Positions 28,723-38,606 of a DNA stretch of 64,000 bases are shown piece after piece. The notes beneath the pieces were generated by a model. The model made no database searches, had not been told where the DNA came from, and saw only the letters and a program-made list of their open reading frames with translations. The position numbers and the translations under genes are program-made. Every line of letters begins with the position of its first letter. The stretch's first letter is position 1. Origin of the DNA: Waterburya sp. (lineage in GTDB: Bacteria > Cyanobacteriota > Cyanobacteriia > Cyanobacteriales > Xenococcaceae); contig CBDCJV010000002.1 of assembly GCA_965217895.1 (NCBI GenBank), forward strand, positions 896,001-960,000. The letters run 5' to 3'.

Positions 28723-29658
28723 ATGCCTTTTTTTCATCAAGACGAACAGTTAGCTAAAGTTGCTCAAAATATTCTAGAAAATACTAGAGCCAAATTTCCT
28801 ACTTTAACTAGAGATAAGATTGCCATGACCTGGATTGTATATGAAGATCCTGTCATTGTTAATACAGGAGGTGCGTTATCTGCTGCGGAGTTTTGGCAAT
28901 ATGAAGTAAAAGGCTATAGCTATCGGGGAGTAGAAAGAATCTATCCTGCTAGTATAGTTAAGCTCTTTTATCTGGTAGCGATACAAGAATGGTTTAACGA
29001 GAGAATGGTAGCTGAGTCTTTAGAATTGGAAAGAGCTATACGAGATATGATTATCCTTTCAAGTAATGATGCGACTAATTTAATTGTCGATGTTTTGACA
29101 GGTACGACTAGTGGTCCAGAGTTACCATCCCAACCGTTCGCAACTTGGCAACAGCAACGCAATATAGTCAATCGCTATTTTAAATCTCTATGCTGGTCAG
29201 AATTAGAAAGTATCAACGTCAATCAAAAGACTTGGTGTGATGGTGCTTACGGTAGAGAAAGAGAATTCTTGGGAGAATTGATGGAAAATCGCAATATGCT
29301 GACTACTGATGCAGTAACTAGATTATTACACAGCATTATTGGTGGGGTTGCAGTATCAAGAGAGCGATCGCAAAAGATGATGCAGCTACTAAAGCGTAGT
29401 CTCAATCCCGCAGAGTTTATTGACAGTGATGGCGAAAATCAAATTACAGGATTTCTGGGAGAAGGTTTGCCAACCAATGCTCAAATATGGTCTAAGGGCG
29501 GTTGGACGAGTCGAATACGCCATGATACGGCATATATTGAAATTCCTAACTTATCTCCTTACTTATTAACTGTTTTTACTGAAGGCAAAGACAATGCCCA
29601 GAATAAAAATATTTTACCGTTTATTTCTCAATCTATCGTCGAGGCACTAAGCAGTTAA
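28723..29658 (+). CDS. serine hydrolase, class A beta-lactamase-like
   Basis: PASIVK (SxxK), SSNDAT, WSKGGW..RHD. Confidence 0.85.
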   Translation: MPFFHQDEQLAKVAQNILENTRAKFPTLTRDKIAMTWIVYEDPVIVNTGGALSAAEFWQYEVKGYSYRGVERIYPASIVKLFYLVAIQEWFNERMVAESLELERAIRDMIILSSNDATNLIVDVLTGTTSGPELPSQPFATWQQQRNIVNRYFKSLCWSELESINVNQKTWCDGAYGREREFLGELMENRNMLTTDAVTRLLHSIIGGVAVSRERSQKMMQLLKRSLNPAEFIDSDGENQITGFLGEGLPTNAQIWSKGGWTSRIRHDTAYIEIPNLSPYLLTVFTEGKDNAQNKNILPFISQSIVEALSS

Positions 29659-29732
29659 TTTGAGTAAATTAATCTTCTTAAAATGCAATGAGAAGTCGCG
29701 AAGCTAAGAGACGACGCGCGATCGCCGTTTAG

Positions 29733-29812
29733 TGGGCGAAGAGAGACTCGAACTCTCACGATTTCTCGCCACATTTTGAGTGTGGTGCGTCTACCAATTC
29801 CGCCACTCGCCC
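29733..29812 (-). tRNA. trnL: tRNA-Leu(CAA)
   Basis: Reverse complement GGGCGAGTGGCGGAATTGGTAGACGCACCACA-CTCAAAA-TGTGG...GTTCGAGTC...TTCGCCCA; anticodon CAA, long variable arm. Confidence 0.97.
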
Positions 29813-29988
29813 GTGAGTGAACTTTTATCAGTATAGTCTATGTTAGGTAATTGATACAAGCTATTTTGAACAAGTAAATTTTTTGGATTCGAGATATTTC
29901 AAAGAAACGCATTTAGATAACAGAAGTCATTAAGAATTGCCAAAATAGAAAGATAGTTAATAATTATTATGAGTCATGGCGATCGCCT

Positions 29989-30741
29989 TTGCGTATGAAT
30001 CTATCTAATCAGTTTTCCAAATCTCAGCCAACCATCATTCGCCTAGAAGCAGTAGAAAAAGTTTACGGTAGTGGCAATACAGCAGTTCATGCTCTAGATA
30101 AAGTCGATCTGACTATCCATCAGGGGGAATACTGCTCGATAATGGGTGCGTCTGGTTCAGGCAAATCTACCGTGATGAATATAATTGGCTGTTTGGATCG
30201 ACCAACCGCAGGAAAATATTATTTAGACAATATAGCAGTAGCAGGATTAGCTGATGAAGATTTAGCAGAAATTCGTAACCGCAAAATCGGCTTTGTCTTT
30301 CAACAGTTTCATTTACTGCCTCAAGTTAGTGCCTTAGAAAATGTTATGTTGCCTATGGTCTATGCTGGAATACCTAGCAAACAGAGGCAGGAAAGAGCAG
30401 CCGTAGCATTAGACAAAGTTGGTTTAAGCAATAGAATTCACAATCGACCTAACCAGCTTTCTGGAGGGCAACAGCAGCGAGTTGCGATCGCTAGAGCTAT
30501 TGTTAACGAACCATTATTATTATTGGCAGATGAACCTACTGGAGCGTTAGACTCTCATACAACTAAGGAAGTATTAGCAATTTTTGGCGATCTGCATCGC
30601 AGTGGCATTACCGTCGTCATGGTTACTCACGAGTCTGAAGTAGCCAAGCTAACTGAGAGAATTGTCTGGTTTAAAGATGGTCAAATAGTTTACTCTCACC
30701 TTACCCCCGAAGAAATGATTGCTGTAGCAGTAGCTACTTAA
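29989..30741 (+). CDS. ABC transporter ATP-binding protein (LolD/MacB-like)
   Basis: [41 protein letters not shown]. Confidence 0.92.
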   Translation: MRMNLSNQFSKSQPTIIRLEAVEKVYGSGNTAVHALDKVDLTIHQGEYCSIMGASGSGKSTVMNIIGCLDRPTAGKYYLDNIAVAGLADEDLAEIRNRKIGFVFQQFHLLPQVSALENVMLPMVYAGIPSKQRQERAAVALDKVGLSNRIHNRPNQLSGGQQQRVAIARAIVNEPLLLLADEPTGALDSHTTKEVLAIFGDLHRSGITVVMVTHESEVAKLTERIVWFKDGQIVYSHLTPEEMIAVAVAT

Positions 30742-30899
30742 TCTATATATATTTGTTAACTGCCACGGCGAATTATAAACTAAAAGATCATCAAGTGCTA
30801 AGTAAAATGTAGTTTTGTATACTATTATGATTAATAGTAATCACATCACATATTGCTTTGAATGCAAAGAGTGAGAATTAATTAAGTCGGTAGACAAAG

Positions 30900-32654
30900 G
30901 TGGATTTCAAGAGCGAAAAGCATTTATCTGTACGTCCAGGCGTTCAGCAAGCAACAATGGATTATTCTCAGCTAGAACCTACTTATTCTTTGCGCTATGA
31001 TGCCAAAGCGATAGCGTCTCAGTATCGTTGGCGACCTTTGCAAATAATCTGGCGGGCGATCGCCGTTATTTGGCTATTTGGCAATTTTGCTCTGCATCTT
31101 TGGTTAGATAAGTGGACAAATAGAGTAGAAAAGAATCGCCAAAGGCGAGCTATTGAACTGCGCCGAGTCTTAACTAAACTTGGCCCTACATACATCAAGG
31201 TAGGACAGGCTCTTTCTACCAGACCTGATTTGATTCGCAAGGATTTTTTAGATGAGTTAATTAAGCTCCAGGATCAGCTTCCAGCTTTTGATAACCGCAT
31301 TGCTTTTAATATTATTGAATCAGAGCTAGAACGCTCTATCGAAGAAGCATATCGAGAATTTTCCGCTAACCCCGTAGCTGCTGCCAGCTTGGGTCAAGTA
31401 TATAAGGCGGTGCTGCATACTGGCGAAGATGTGGCTGTAAAAGTTCAACGTCCCAATTTACGTCCCACACTCAATCTCGATCTTTATTTGATGAGACGTT
31501 TAGCAGTTTGGGTAGAACCTTGGCTACCGTTGAACCTGGGTCATGACTTGGCTCTAATTGTTGATGAATTTGGGATGAAACTATTTGAAGAAATAGATTA
31601 TTATCACGAGGCAAGAAACGCCGAACAGTTCGCTCTCAATTTCGCTGGCGATCCTGATGTTAAGGTGCCAGTTATTTATAACCAGTTTAGTAGCGAAAAA
31701 GTCTTAACCTTAGAGTGGATTGATGGCATTAAGCTAACCGACTTAGATAAATTAGCAGCAGCAGGTTTGGATGCAGACAATCTGATTAAAATTGGTGTAA
31801 CTTCAGGCTTGCGTCAGCTATTAGAATATGGCTTTTTCCACGCCGATCCTCATCCTGGTAATCTCTTTGCTACCCTTGATGGTCGCATGGCTTATATTGA
31901 CTTTGGCATGATGGATCAGCTAAGTGAGTCGATGAAAGAAACTATAGCCAGTGCTGTAGTGCAGCTAATTAATCGTGACTATCAAAGTTTGGCAAGAGAT
32001 TTTGTCAGCTTGGGTTTTTTGACTCCTGAAACGGATATTCAGCCGATTGTCCCAGCATTAGAAAAAGTTTTGGGGAATGCCATTGGTGAAAGCGTCGGTG
32101 ATTTTAACTTTAAGACGATTACCGACGAGTTTTCTGAACTAATGTACGAGTATCCTTTCCGCCTACCTGCTAAATTTGCCCTAATTATTCGCTCTCTAAT
32201 TACTCAAGAAGGATTAGCACTTAGCCTCAACCCCAACTTTAAAATTGTCGAGGTATCTTATCCCTATGTGTCTCAAAGGCTATTGACAGGAGAATCGCCT
32301 CAGCTAAGACGACGTTTACTAGACGTTTTAATTCAAGACGGCAAATTCCAGTGGACAAGATTAGAAAATATGATTGCAATCGCCAGTGCCGATGATAACT
32401 TCGATCTATTACCTACAGCCCGTTTAGGCTTACAGTATCTTCTTTCAGAAGAAGGTCAATATTTGCGCCAGCAGTTGCTTATTGCGCTAACTGAAGGCGA
32501 TCGCCTTCATACTGATGAAGTAAAAAGACTCTGGAGTTTAATTGAAGACGATATTAAACCGCAAAAGATATTTGACCTAGCTTTTAATACTTTTCGTCAA
32601 ATTTCTGCTGATAGCGTCGCTGCCATTATTCCTTCTGCTACCACTTCAAGATAA
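30900..32654 (+). CDS. ABC1/UbiB (AarF) atypical kinase
   Basis: LGPTYIKVGQ, AAASLGQVY, VAVKVQRP, FFHADPHPGN, DFGMM. Confidence 0.93.
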   Translation: MDFKSEKHLSVRPGVQQATMDYSQLEPTYSLRYDAKAIASQYRWRPLQIIWRAIAVIWLFGNFALHLWLDKWTNRVEKNRQRRAIELRRVLTKLGPTYIKVGQALSTRPDLIRKDFLDELIKLQDQLPAFDNRIAFNIIESELERSIEEAYREFSANPVAAASLGQVYKAVLHTGEDVAVKVQRPNLRPTLNLDLYLMRRLAVWVEPWLPLNLGHDLALIVDEFGMKLFEEIDYYHEARNAEQFALNFAGDPDVKVPVIYNQFSSEKVLTLEWIDGIKLTDLDKLAAAGLDADNLIKIGVTSGLRQLLEYGFFHADPHPGNLFATLDGRMAYIDFGMMDQLSESMKETIASAVVQLINRDYQSLARDFVSLGFLTPETDIQPIVPALEKVLGNAIGESVGDFNFKTITDEFSELMYEYPFRLPAKFALIIRSLITQEGLALSLNPNFKIVEVSYPYVSQRLLTGESPQLRRRLLDVLIQDGKFQWTRLENMIAIASADDNFDLLPTARLGLQYLLSEEGQYLRQQLLIALTEGDRLHTDEVKRLWSLIEDDIKPQKIFDLAFNTFRQISADSVAAIIPSATTSR

Positions 32655-32672
32655 AGTAATAAAGCATTTAGT

Positions 32673-33059
32673 TTGAGTTTTAAAGTTAATAATTTTATGT
32701 ATTATTTCCCCCAGCCACCTTTTCTTGCAGCCCTGATTGGCTTATTTATTGCTTTTACTTTTGGTTTAGTGTTTGAAAATCTAATCGAACAAAAATTACA
32801 GGAATCATATCGAAATTCTGAGGCAGAAAATTCTTTTAAATTGGATAATCCTGTCATAGTTGCTAGTTATTTTGGAACTTGTTTTGGAGCTTGGCTATTT
32901 CTGGGAGGAGGCTTTTTGATCTTTAGTTTTGGAGTTATCCCCGCCTATGGTGTTGCTTTATTGCTCACCATTATTACTGGAGCGTTGATTTGGCAACAAT
33001 TAGGTGAAGTTTTGTTACAGATAAAAGCAGGTGGTTCTGAGTCTTTAAGCTTAGATTAA
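32673..33059 (+). CDS. conserved membrane hypothetical protein
   Basis: Three hydrophobic segments; co-oriented with the UbiB kinase. Confidence 0.65.
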   Translation: MSFKVNNFMYYFPQPPFLAALIGLFIAFTFGLVFENLIEQKLQESYRNSEAENSFKLDNPVIVASYFGTCFGAWLFLGGGFLIFSFGVIPAYGVALLLTIITGALIWQQLGEVLLQIKAGGSESLSLD

Positions 33060-33200
33060 CATCACAATTATAGCGATCGCCGTAGACAAAAACCCGAAGC
33101 AAAAAATAAAATTGTTAACCAGTGTACCTGGAGTGTGAGAAGTTGTAGCGGTGACTCTGATTTCATCATAATCTTTGAGATAAATCAAGCATTAATAAAT

Positions 33201-33593
33201 GTGGAACGTAAAAATATCAGCACAGACTCACCTTGGGAAAAGATAGTCGGCTATTCAAGAGCGGTCAAAATCGGCAATCATGTTTATATCTCTGGGACTA
33301 CCGCAATCAATGACCAGGGCAAAATAGTCGGTTTAGGCGATCCTTATACCCAAACCAAACAAACGATCGAGAATATTGAGTCTGCTTTATTAATGGCTGG
33401 AGGTACTTTAGAAAACGTAGTACGGACAAGAATTTATACAATTAATATCGATCACTGGAAAAGTATTGGTCAAGCACATTGCGAATATTTTGCCAAGATT
33501 CGTCCTGCTACCAGCATGGTTGAGGTACGCCGTCTGATTGCACCAGAAATACTAATTGAAATAGAAGCTGATGCAGTTATTGATGATGACTAA
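33201..33593 (+). CDS. RidA/YjgF-family protein
   Basis: WEKIVGYSRAV, VVRTRIY, RPATSMVEV, IEIEADA; GTG 33201 likely start. Confidence 0.88.
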   Translation: MERKNISTDSPWEKIVGYSRAVKIGNHVYISGTTAINDQGKIVGLGDPYTQTKQTIENIESALLMAGGTLENVVRTRIYTINIDHWKSIGQAHCEYFAKIRPATSMVEVRRLIAPEILIEIEADAVIDDD

Positions 33594-33649
33594 TCATTTC
33601 CTCTCTCGCGGTGGGGATTCCCGACTTGAGCAACTGCCGATCTCTTCTT

Positions 33650-35512
33650 ATGACTAATCCCAGTAAGCAATCTCAAATACTTTTACCGCCTAAGCCAACG
33701 CCTTTTTCAATTACAGAGTATTTGACGAGGCTACTTAACCGTTTGCAACCTTCCCCCGAAACTTTGGTTTTAATGGTGGCTTTAATCATCGGCGGCAGTT
33801 CGGGACTGGCGATGATTTTGTTTCATTATCTGATTGACCTGTTTCAAGCTTTAAGTTTTGAAAAACTATTGGGCAAAATCTCAGTTTGGGGTGGTTGGAC
33901 TTTAATTTTAATTCCTACTCTGGGAGGATTAATTGTCGGCATAATTAAATGGTTGTTTCCCCAGGTGCTAGGTCAAGATTTTTATACCTTAATTAGCAGT
34001 ACTAGAGAACAACAAATCTCTCCTTGGCGACCCGCGATTAAAATGTTAGCAGCCTCAGTTTCTTTGGGAACGGGAGCTTCTTTAGGACCAGAAAGCCCTA
34101 GCGTCGAGATTGGTTCTAATATCGGTATTTTATTAGGTCAACTGTTTCAAGTATCAAAGGATCGCTATCGTTTATTGTTAGGTGCGGGGGCAGCAGCGGG
34201 TTTGGCAGCAGGCTTGAATGCCCCCATTGCTGGCGTTTTTTTCGCCCTAGAGGTGGTGCTGGGAACTGCATTCACTACTCCAGCAGCCAGTCTAATACTA
34301 TTGTCGGCATTTTTGAGTGCAGCGATCGCTCGTGCCTTTTTAGGCGTACATCCCGCTTTTGAACTCCCAGGCTACGAGGTTCTCAGCTATTGGGAATGGC
34401 TCTTCTATCTGGGGTTGGGTATACTTGCCAGTCTGATATCTTTTGTCTACACTCAGGGAATTAAATTAGCTCAAGCTTGCTTTCGCGGAGAAATTACTGG
34501 ATTTCGTTGGTTAGGAGGGTTGCCTATCTGGATTAAACCTGTTCTGGGAGGAGCGATTTTAGGTATTGTTGCCCTACAGTTGCCCCAAATCTTAGGGGTA
34601 GATTTTGCCACTATCGAACAAATTTTGGCAGGAGGACAATTTACCGTTGCTCTTTTGTGTTGGCTGTTGGCGGTTAAGCTAATTGTTACTGCTATTAGTT
34701 TGGGTAGCGGTTTTGTTGGCGGCGTATTTGCTCCTGCGATGTTTTTAGGTGCTTGTTTGGGGGCTGCTTACGGTAATTTTTTAGCACTGGTTATTGGCTC
34801 AAACGTAGCCATTGCCCCACCTCCTGCCTACGCAATCGTGGGTATGGCAGCAGTCTTGGCTGGTAGTGTTAAAGCTCCCCTAACGGCGATCGCTCTTTTA
34901 TTTGAGCTATCCCAAAACTATTTAATTATCTTACCTTCGATGGCTGCCGTTGGTGTCTGTATTTGGATCATCGGACTAATTCAATCAAAACAAGATACCC
35001 AGGGTTTAAATCTCCAGCAAATGGGAATGAATTTAGCCAGACAGGATGATAGTGAGGTATTACAACAAATTACCGTAGCCGAGATGATGTCTACTTCCTA
35101 TCTAGCATTACCAGATTCCCTCTCGACGCTTGAAGCTGGTTGTGAAATGTTAGCCTACAAGTACCATACGGCTTTGGTATTGGATGAAGCTCAACAATTA
35201 GTAGGAGTTGTTACCACTGCCGATATTAAAAGAAATATTGAGTCACAAGAGCGATCGCCAAAACCATTAGAAATTACACAAAAGTTAGGTGACATTTGCA
35301 CTAAAGAAATACTCTATGTCCATCCTGATGAGCTTTTAATTACAGCCTGGGAAAGAATGAGAGTCAGAGGTCTTTATCTGCTGCCTGTAGTAGATGCAAA
35401 CAACCCGCGCCAAATTTTAGGGATAATTAGCAAAGAGCAAATTAATCTGGCTGAAGATCTAATTACTACCCAGGCAGCACTTGAGCCGTACTTATCACCA
35501 GATAATCCTTAA
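33650..35512 (+). CDS. ClC chloride channel/antiporter with CBS domains
   Basis: GASLGPESP, GAAAGLAAGLNAPIAG, GGVFAP, C-terminal CBS pair; ATG 33650 likely start. Confidence 0.9.
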   Translation: MTNPSKQSQILLPPKPTPFSITEYLTRLLNRLQPSPETLVLMVALIIGGSSGLAMILFHYLIDLFQALSFEKLLGKISVWGGWTLILIPTLGGLIVGIIKWLFPQVLGQDFYTLISSTREQQISPWRPAIKMLAASVSLGTGASLGPESPSVEIGSNIGILLGQLFQVSKDRYRLLLGAGAAAGLAAGLNAPIAGVFFALEVVLGTAFTTPAASLILLSAFLSAAIARAFLGVHPAFELPGYEVLSYWEWLFYLGLGILASLISFVYTQGIKLAQACFRGEITGFRWLGGLPIWIKPVLGGAILGIVALQLPQILGVDFATIEQILAGGQFTVALLCWLLAVKLIVTAISLGSGFVGGVFAPAMFLGACLGAAYGNFLALVIGSNVAIAPPPAYAIVGMAAVLAGSVKAPLTAIALLFELSQNYLIILPSMAAVGVCIWIIGLIQSKQDTQGLNLQQMGMNLARQDDSEVLQQITVAEMMSTSYLALPDSLSTLEAGCEMLAYKYHTALVLDEAQQLVGVVTTADIKRNIESQERSPKPLEITQKLGDICTKEILYVHPDELLITAWERMRVRGLYLLPVVDANNPRQILGIISKEQINLAEDLITTQAALEPYLSPDNP

Positions 35513-35704
35513 TGTTATTTAATCTTTTAACTTTTGCCGATGGCGATCGCTTTTTCATACAGCCAAATTAGGCTTACATAACATAATTGTATGTTTAATT
35601 TGATTTCTATGCACTTTAAACATTAAACTGATTTAAACGCGAAATGTGACTGAGGTTGACTCAAATGTTATCGGTCGCGTTATTAAAATTTTATTGATAA
35701 GATT

Positions 35705-36964
35705 ATGCGCCGAAAAGATTTATTAAACGAGCAGATTTATGGAAAAACCAGAGTTGACGAATGGCTTTGGATAAGAGCTAAAACATTAGGAATATCTCGT
35801 CGTCGGTTAATTCAGATAATGACAGCAGGAGCAGGAGTAGCAGCGGTTAATTTGCTGCCCAAACATCAAAAAGTACAGGCTGCTGAGGAAGAAATAGATC
35901 CCAATGCTATTGTCAAAGATCAACGCCCTGATTGGTTCATCCAAGCAGGCACCAATTTAGAAACACGTTGGGAAAATATGTACCATCGTGGTTATGTAGT
36001 TCCTAACGAACTATTCTTCGTGCGTAATAACAATCCTACCCCTCGTATAGACCCTGCCAACTGGAAGCTCAATGTATCTGGTTCTGGTATATCTAAACCA
36101 ATCTCTTTTAGCTACGATGAGCTTACTTCGATGCCTTCGATTTCGGTCATTAAAGCTATTGAGTGCGCGGGTAATGGCAGATCTTTCTATCAGCAAGCCT
36201 ATGGTAAAGAAGCTGAGGGTACACAGTGGAAATTGGGCGGAATTGGCGTAGCCGAATGGACTGGTGTTCCTCTCAAAGAAGTTTTGGATCGAGCAGGACT
36301 TAAAGATTCGGCAATAGATGTTATGCCTGTAAGTTTAGATGAAGAAAAAGTGCAGCGACCAATTCCTGTAGAGAAGGCATTACAAGAAGATACGCTGCTG
36401 GTTTATGCAATGAACGGCAGCATACTACCAGCAGATCACGGATTTCCAATTAGGCTATTAGTTCCTGGCTGGGCGGGAATTTCCAGTATTAAGTGGGTAG
36501 GAGAAATTCAAGTTTCCACTGAACCAATTTACACTGTCTGGAACACAGAAAAATATATCCTCATCGGCTCAGAATATCCACCAGATGCTGGTTCACCAGC
36601 AGAAGGAAAAATAGTGACTGCTCAGAAAGTTAAGAGTGCATTTGAATTAGCTTGGGATGGTAAATTAGCAGCTAAACCTCATTTATTGCGAGGACGTTCT
36701 TGGTCGGCGAACGGAAAAATAAGCAAAGTAGAAGTTAGCCTAAATGATGGTAAGACTTGGGAACAAGCAAGATTACGTACCCCCAATCTCGATCAAGCTT
36801 GGGTACGTTGGGATTTAGACTGGACTCCTACCCCTGGAAGTTATAAACTTCAAGCTAGAGCAACAGATGACCAAGGAAATACGCAGCCAGCTAATGTTCC
36901 TTTTAATGAAAAAGGCTATTTATATTGGGGCGTGGTTACTCATCCGGTAACTGTTACCTCTTAA
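35705..36964 (+). CDS. sulfite oxidase-family molybdoenzyme, Tat-like signal
   Basis: SRRRLIQ, FFVRN, ECAGNGR, HGFPIRL.VPGW.G..SIKW, ARATD..GN.QP. Confidence 0.88.
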   Translation: MRRKDLLNEQIYGKTRVDEWLWIRAKTLGISRRRLIQIMTAGAGVAAVNLLPKHQKVQAAEEEIDPNAIVKDQRPDWFIQAGTNLETRWENMYHRGYVVPNELFFVRNNNPTPRIDPANWKLNVSGSGISKPISFSYDELTSMPSISVIKAIECAGNGRSFYQQAYGKEAEGTQWKLGGIGVAEWTGVPLKEVLDRAGLKDSAIDVMPVSLDEEKVQRPIPVEKALQEDTLLVYAMNGSILPADHGFPIRLLVPGWAGISSIKWVGEIQVSTEPIYTVWNTEKYILIGSEYPPDAGSPAEGKIVTAQKVKSAFELAWDGKLAAKPHLLRGRSWSANGKISKVEVSLNDGKTWEQARLRTPNLDQAWVRWDLDWTPTPGSYKLQARATDDQGNTQPANVPFNEKGYLYWGVVTHPVTVTS

Positions 36965-36967
36965 ATA

Positions 36968-37196
36968 ACCCTTAGTGTGAATTGGCTTCGTTTAGATTCA
37001 TTGGTTTTGAGCTTCTTAGCTATCAGCGCGAACTGGAGTTCGCCGACTGCACTTTGTGCAGGCGAGGCTTTCCAAAGCCTGCTCTTAGTTACTACGAACT
37101 ATAAACTTAGACTTAAACAGCTACGCAAGCATCAAAATTAACCAAGAATGACGTTTAATTGAGGCATTTTACAGTTTTTTTATGCATATCAGACGT
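36968..37196. mobile_element. MITE, same TIR family as 27265-27732 and 56603-56800
   Basis: ACCCTTAGTGTGAATT / ATGCATATCAGACGT; 5-bp DR AAATA. Confidence 0.7.
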
Positions 37197-37290
37197 AAAT
37201 AAGTAATAGCTAAAAGCTAATAGCTGCCAAAAACGATATTGCCCTGAAGAGCAGGGATTTAAATCCCCTGCGTTTTTGGTAATAAGTAAC

Positions 37291-38601
37291 TTATTCATAC
37301 AGTTGCACAAACCCAGCTTGTTCAATTATCTGTTGACCTTGACCTGTCAACAGTAAATTGGCATAGGCAATTCCTGCCTGTTCTTCAATTGTGCCGTCTT
37401 CGCGAACGACAACAAACAGACGGCGTGTGAGGGGATAAGAGTTGCTGCGAAAAGCTTTTAAATTAACTTGTCCATCTTTAGTAAAAGGTAGGACGTAATT
37501 GGTAGAGTCAGAGGGGGCTAAACCTAAGCCTCTTATGCTTTGCTGTCCTCTGACAATTGCTGCCGAACTATAGGAAATACCACCTGGGCTATTGCCAACT
37601 TCACGCATAGCCGTAGTATAGTCGCGAACAATTTTTACCTGTTTGCCAAGTTTTTCGCCGTTTTTGAGCAGTGAATTAATAGTAATATGAACTTTGGGAT
37701 CTTGACTAATTGCAACTATAGGTAAGTCTGGTCCGCCTACTTGTTGCCAGTTAGTGATTTTGCCTAGAAAAATATCTCTAAGCTGATTAATAGATAGTCC
37801 CTCAATTGGTAATTGCGGATTAACAAAAAAGACAATTCCATCGATCGCAACCGGGATTTGTTTTAAAGTAAGATTACGCTCTTTGGCTTTGGCATACTCA
37901 GAATCTTGTAAAGGACGACCATTTTGGGCAAAACTAAGTTGGCTATCTAATAGCATTTGGATTCCTGTGCTACAGCCTGGTTTAGAATCTAAGGGTTCGG
38001 TATAACGTAATTGATATTCGGGATGGGCTTTGGCGATCGCTTCATTCATGCCATATTTTGTCAAGGCAGCAAAACAAGTCGCACCACCATAATTAAAAAG
38101 TCCTTTTGGTACGTTAGGTACTTCTTGCATTGTCCGATAAAACTGGATTTCCGAATCTGATTGGATTTGCGAGTTTGGTTTGACTCTTTCATCGAGCTTT
38201 GAAGAGGGACTTTGTAAGTTTGACCCAGATGTATTAGATCGATCCCAACGCCAAAGTAAATAGCCTCCGCCTAATATAGCTGCCATTAATAGATTAGCTA
38301 AAATGATCAGGCAAAAAAGTTGAAAAGTTGAACGTCTTGGAAAGTCAGGATAATCAAATGAGAGGTTCTTGCTTGCTTCTTGTTGCTTTAGGGATAGCTC
38401 TTGGCGATTTGCCAATGAATTTGATTTCTTTGGTAGGACAAGTTGGTCGGCTAAAGTGGATTGAACTACTTGGTTGGATAAGGGAATGTTTTCTTTAAAT
38501 CTTTCACGTTCTAAAGTCGTTCCACAAAGTTCGCATTCTTGAGCTGAAGGCGAATTTTCGCTGTAGCTACAACAAGGGCATATTATTTTGTTAGTATCCA
38601 T
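37291..38601 (-). CDS. membrane-anchored PstS-like substrate-binding protein with N-terminal zinc ribbon
   Basis: CPCC..EN.....CELCG; TM helix; VAIDGIVFFVN, LRDIFLGKITNWQQVGG, YPLTRRLFVV. Confidence 0.8.
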   Translation of the reverse strand: MDTNKIICPCCSYSENSPSAQECELCGTTLERERFKENIPLSNQVVQSTLADQLVLPKKSNSLANRQELSLKQQEASKNLSFDYPDFPRRSTFQLFCLIILANLLMAAILGGGYLLWRWDRSNTSGSNLQSPSSKLDERVKPNSQIQSDSEIQFYRTMQEVPNVPKGLFNYGGATCFAALTKYGMNEAIAKAHPEYQLRYTEPLDSKPGCSTGIQMLLDSQLSFAQNGRPLQDSEYAKAKERNLTLKQIPVAIDGIVFFVNPQLPIEGLSINQLRDIFLGKITNWQQVGGPDLPIVAISQDPKVHITINSLLKNGEKLGKQVKIVRDYTTAMREVGNSPGGISYSSAAIVRGQQSIRGLGLAPSDSTNYVLPFTKDGQVNLKAFRSNSYPLTRRLFVVVREDGTIEEQAGIAYANLLLTGQGQQIIEQAGFVQLYE

Positions 38602-38606
38602 CTTTT

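Noticed and set aside
28723..29658. Antibiotic-resistance beta-lactamase
   Set aside because: Looks like the conserved cyanobacterial serine hydrolase, with no signal peptide or mobile context
29733..29812. tRNA-Leu as integration site of an island or prophage
   Set aside because: No integrase or duplicated tRNA 3' end seen; flanking genes are ordinary
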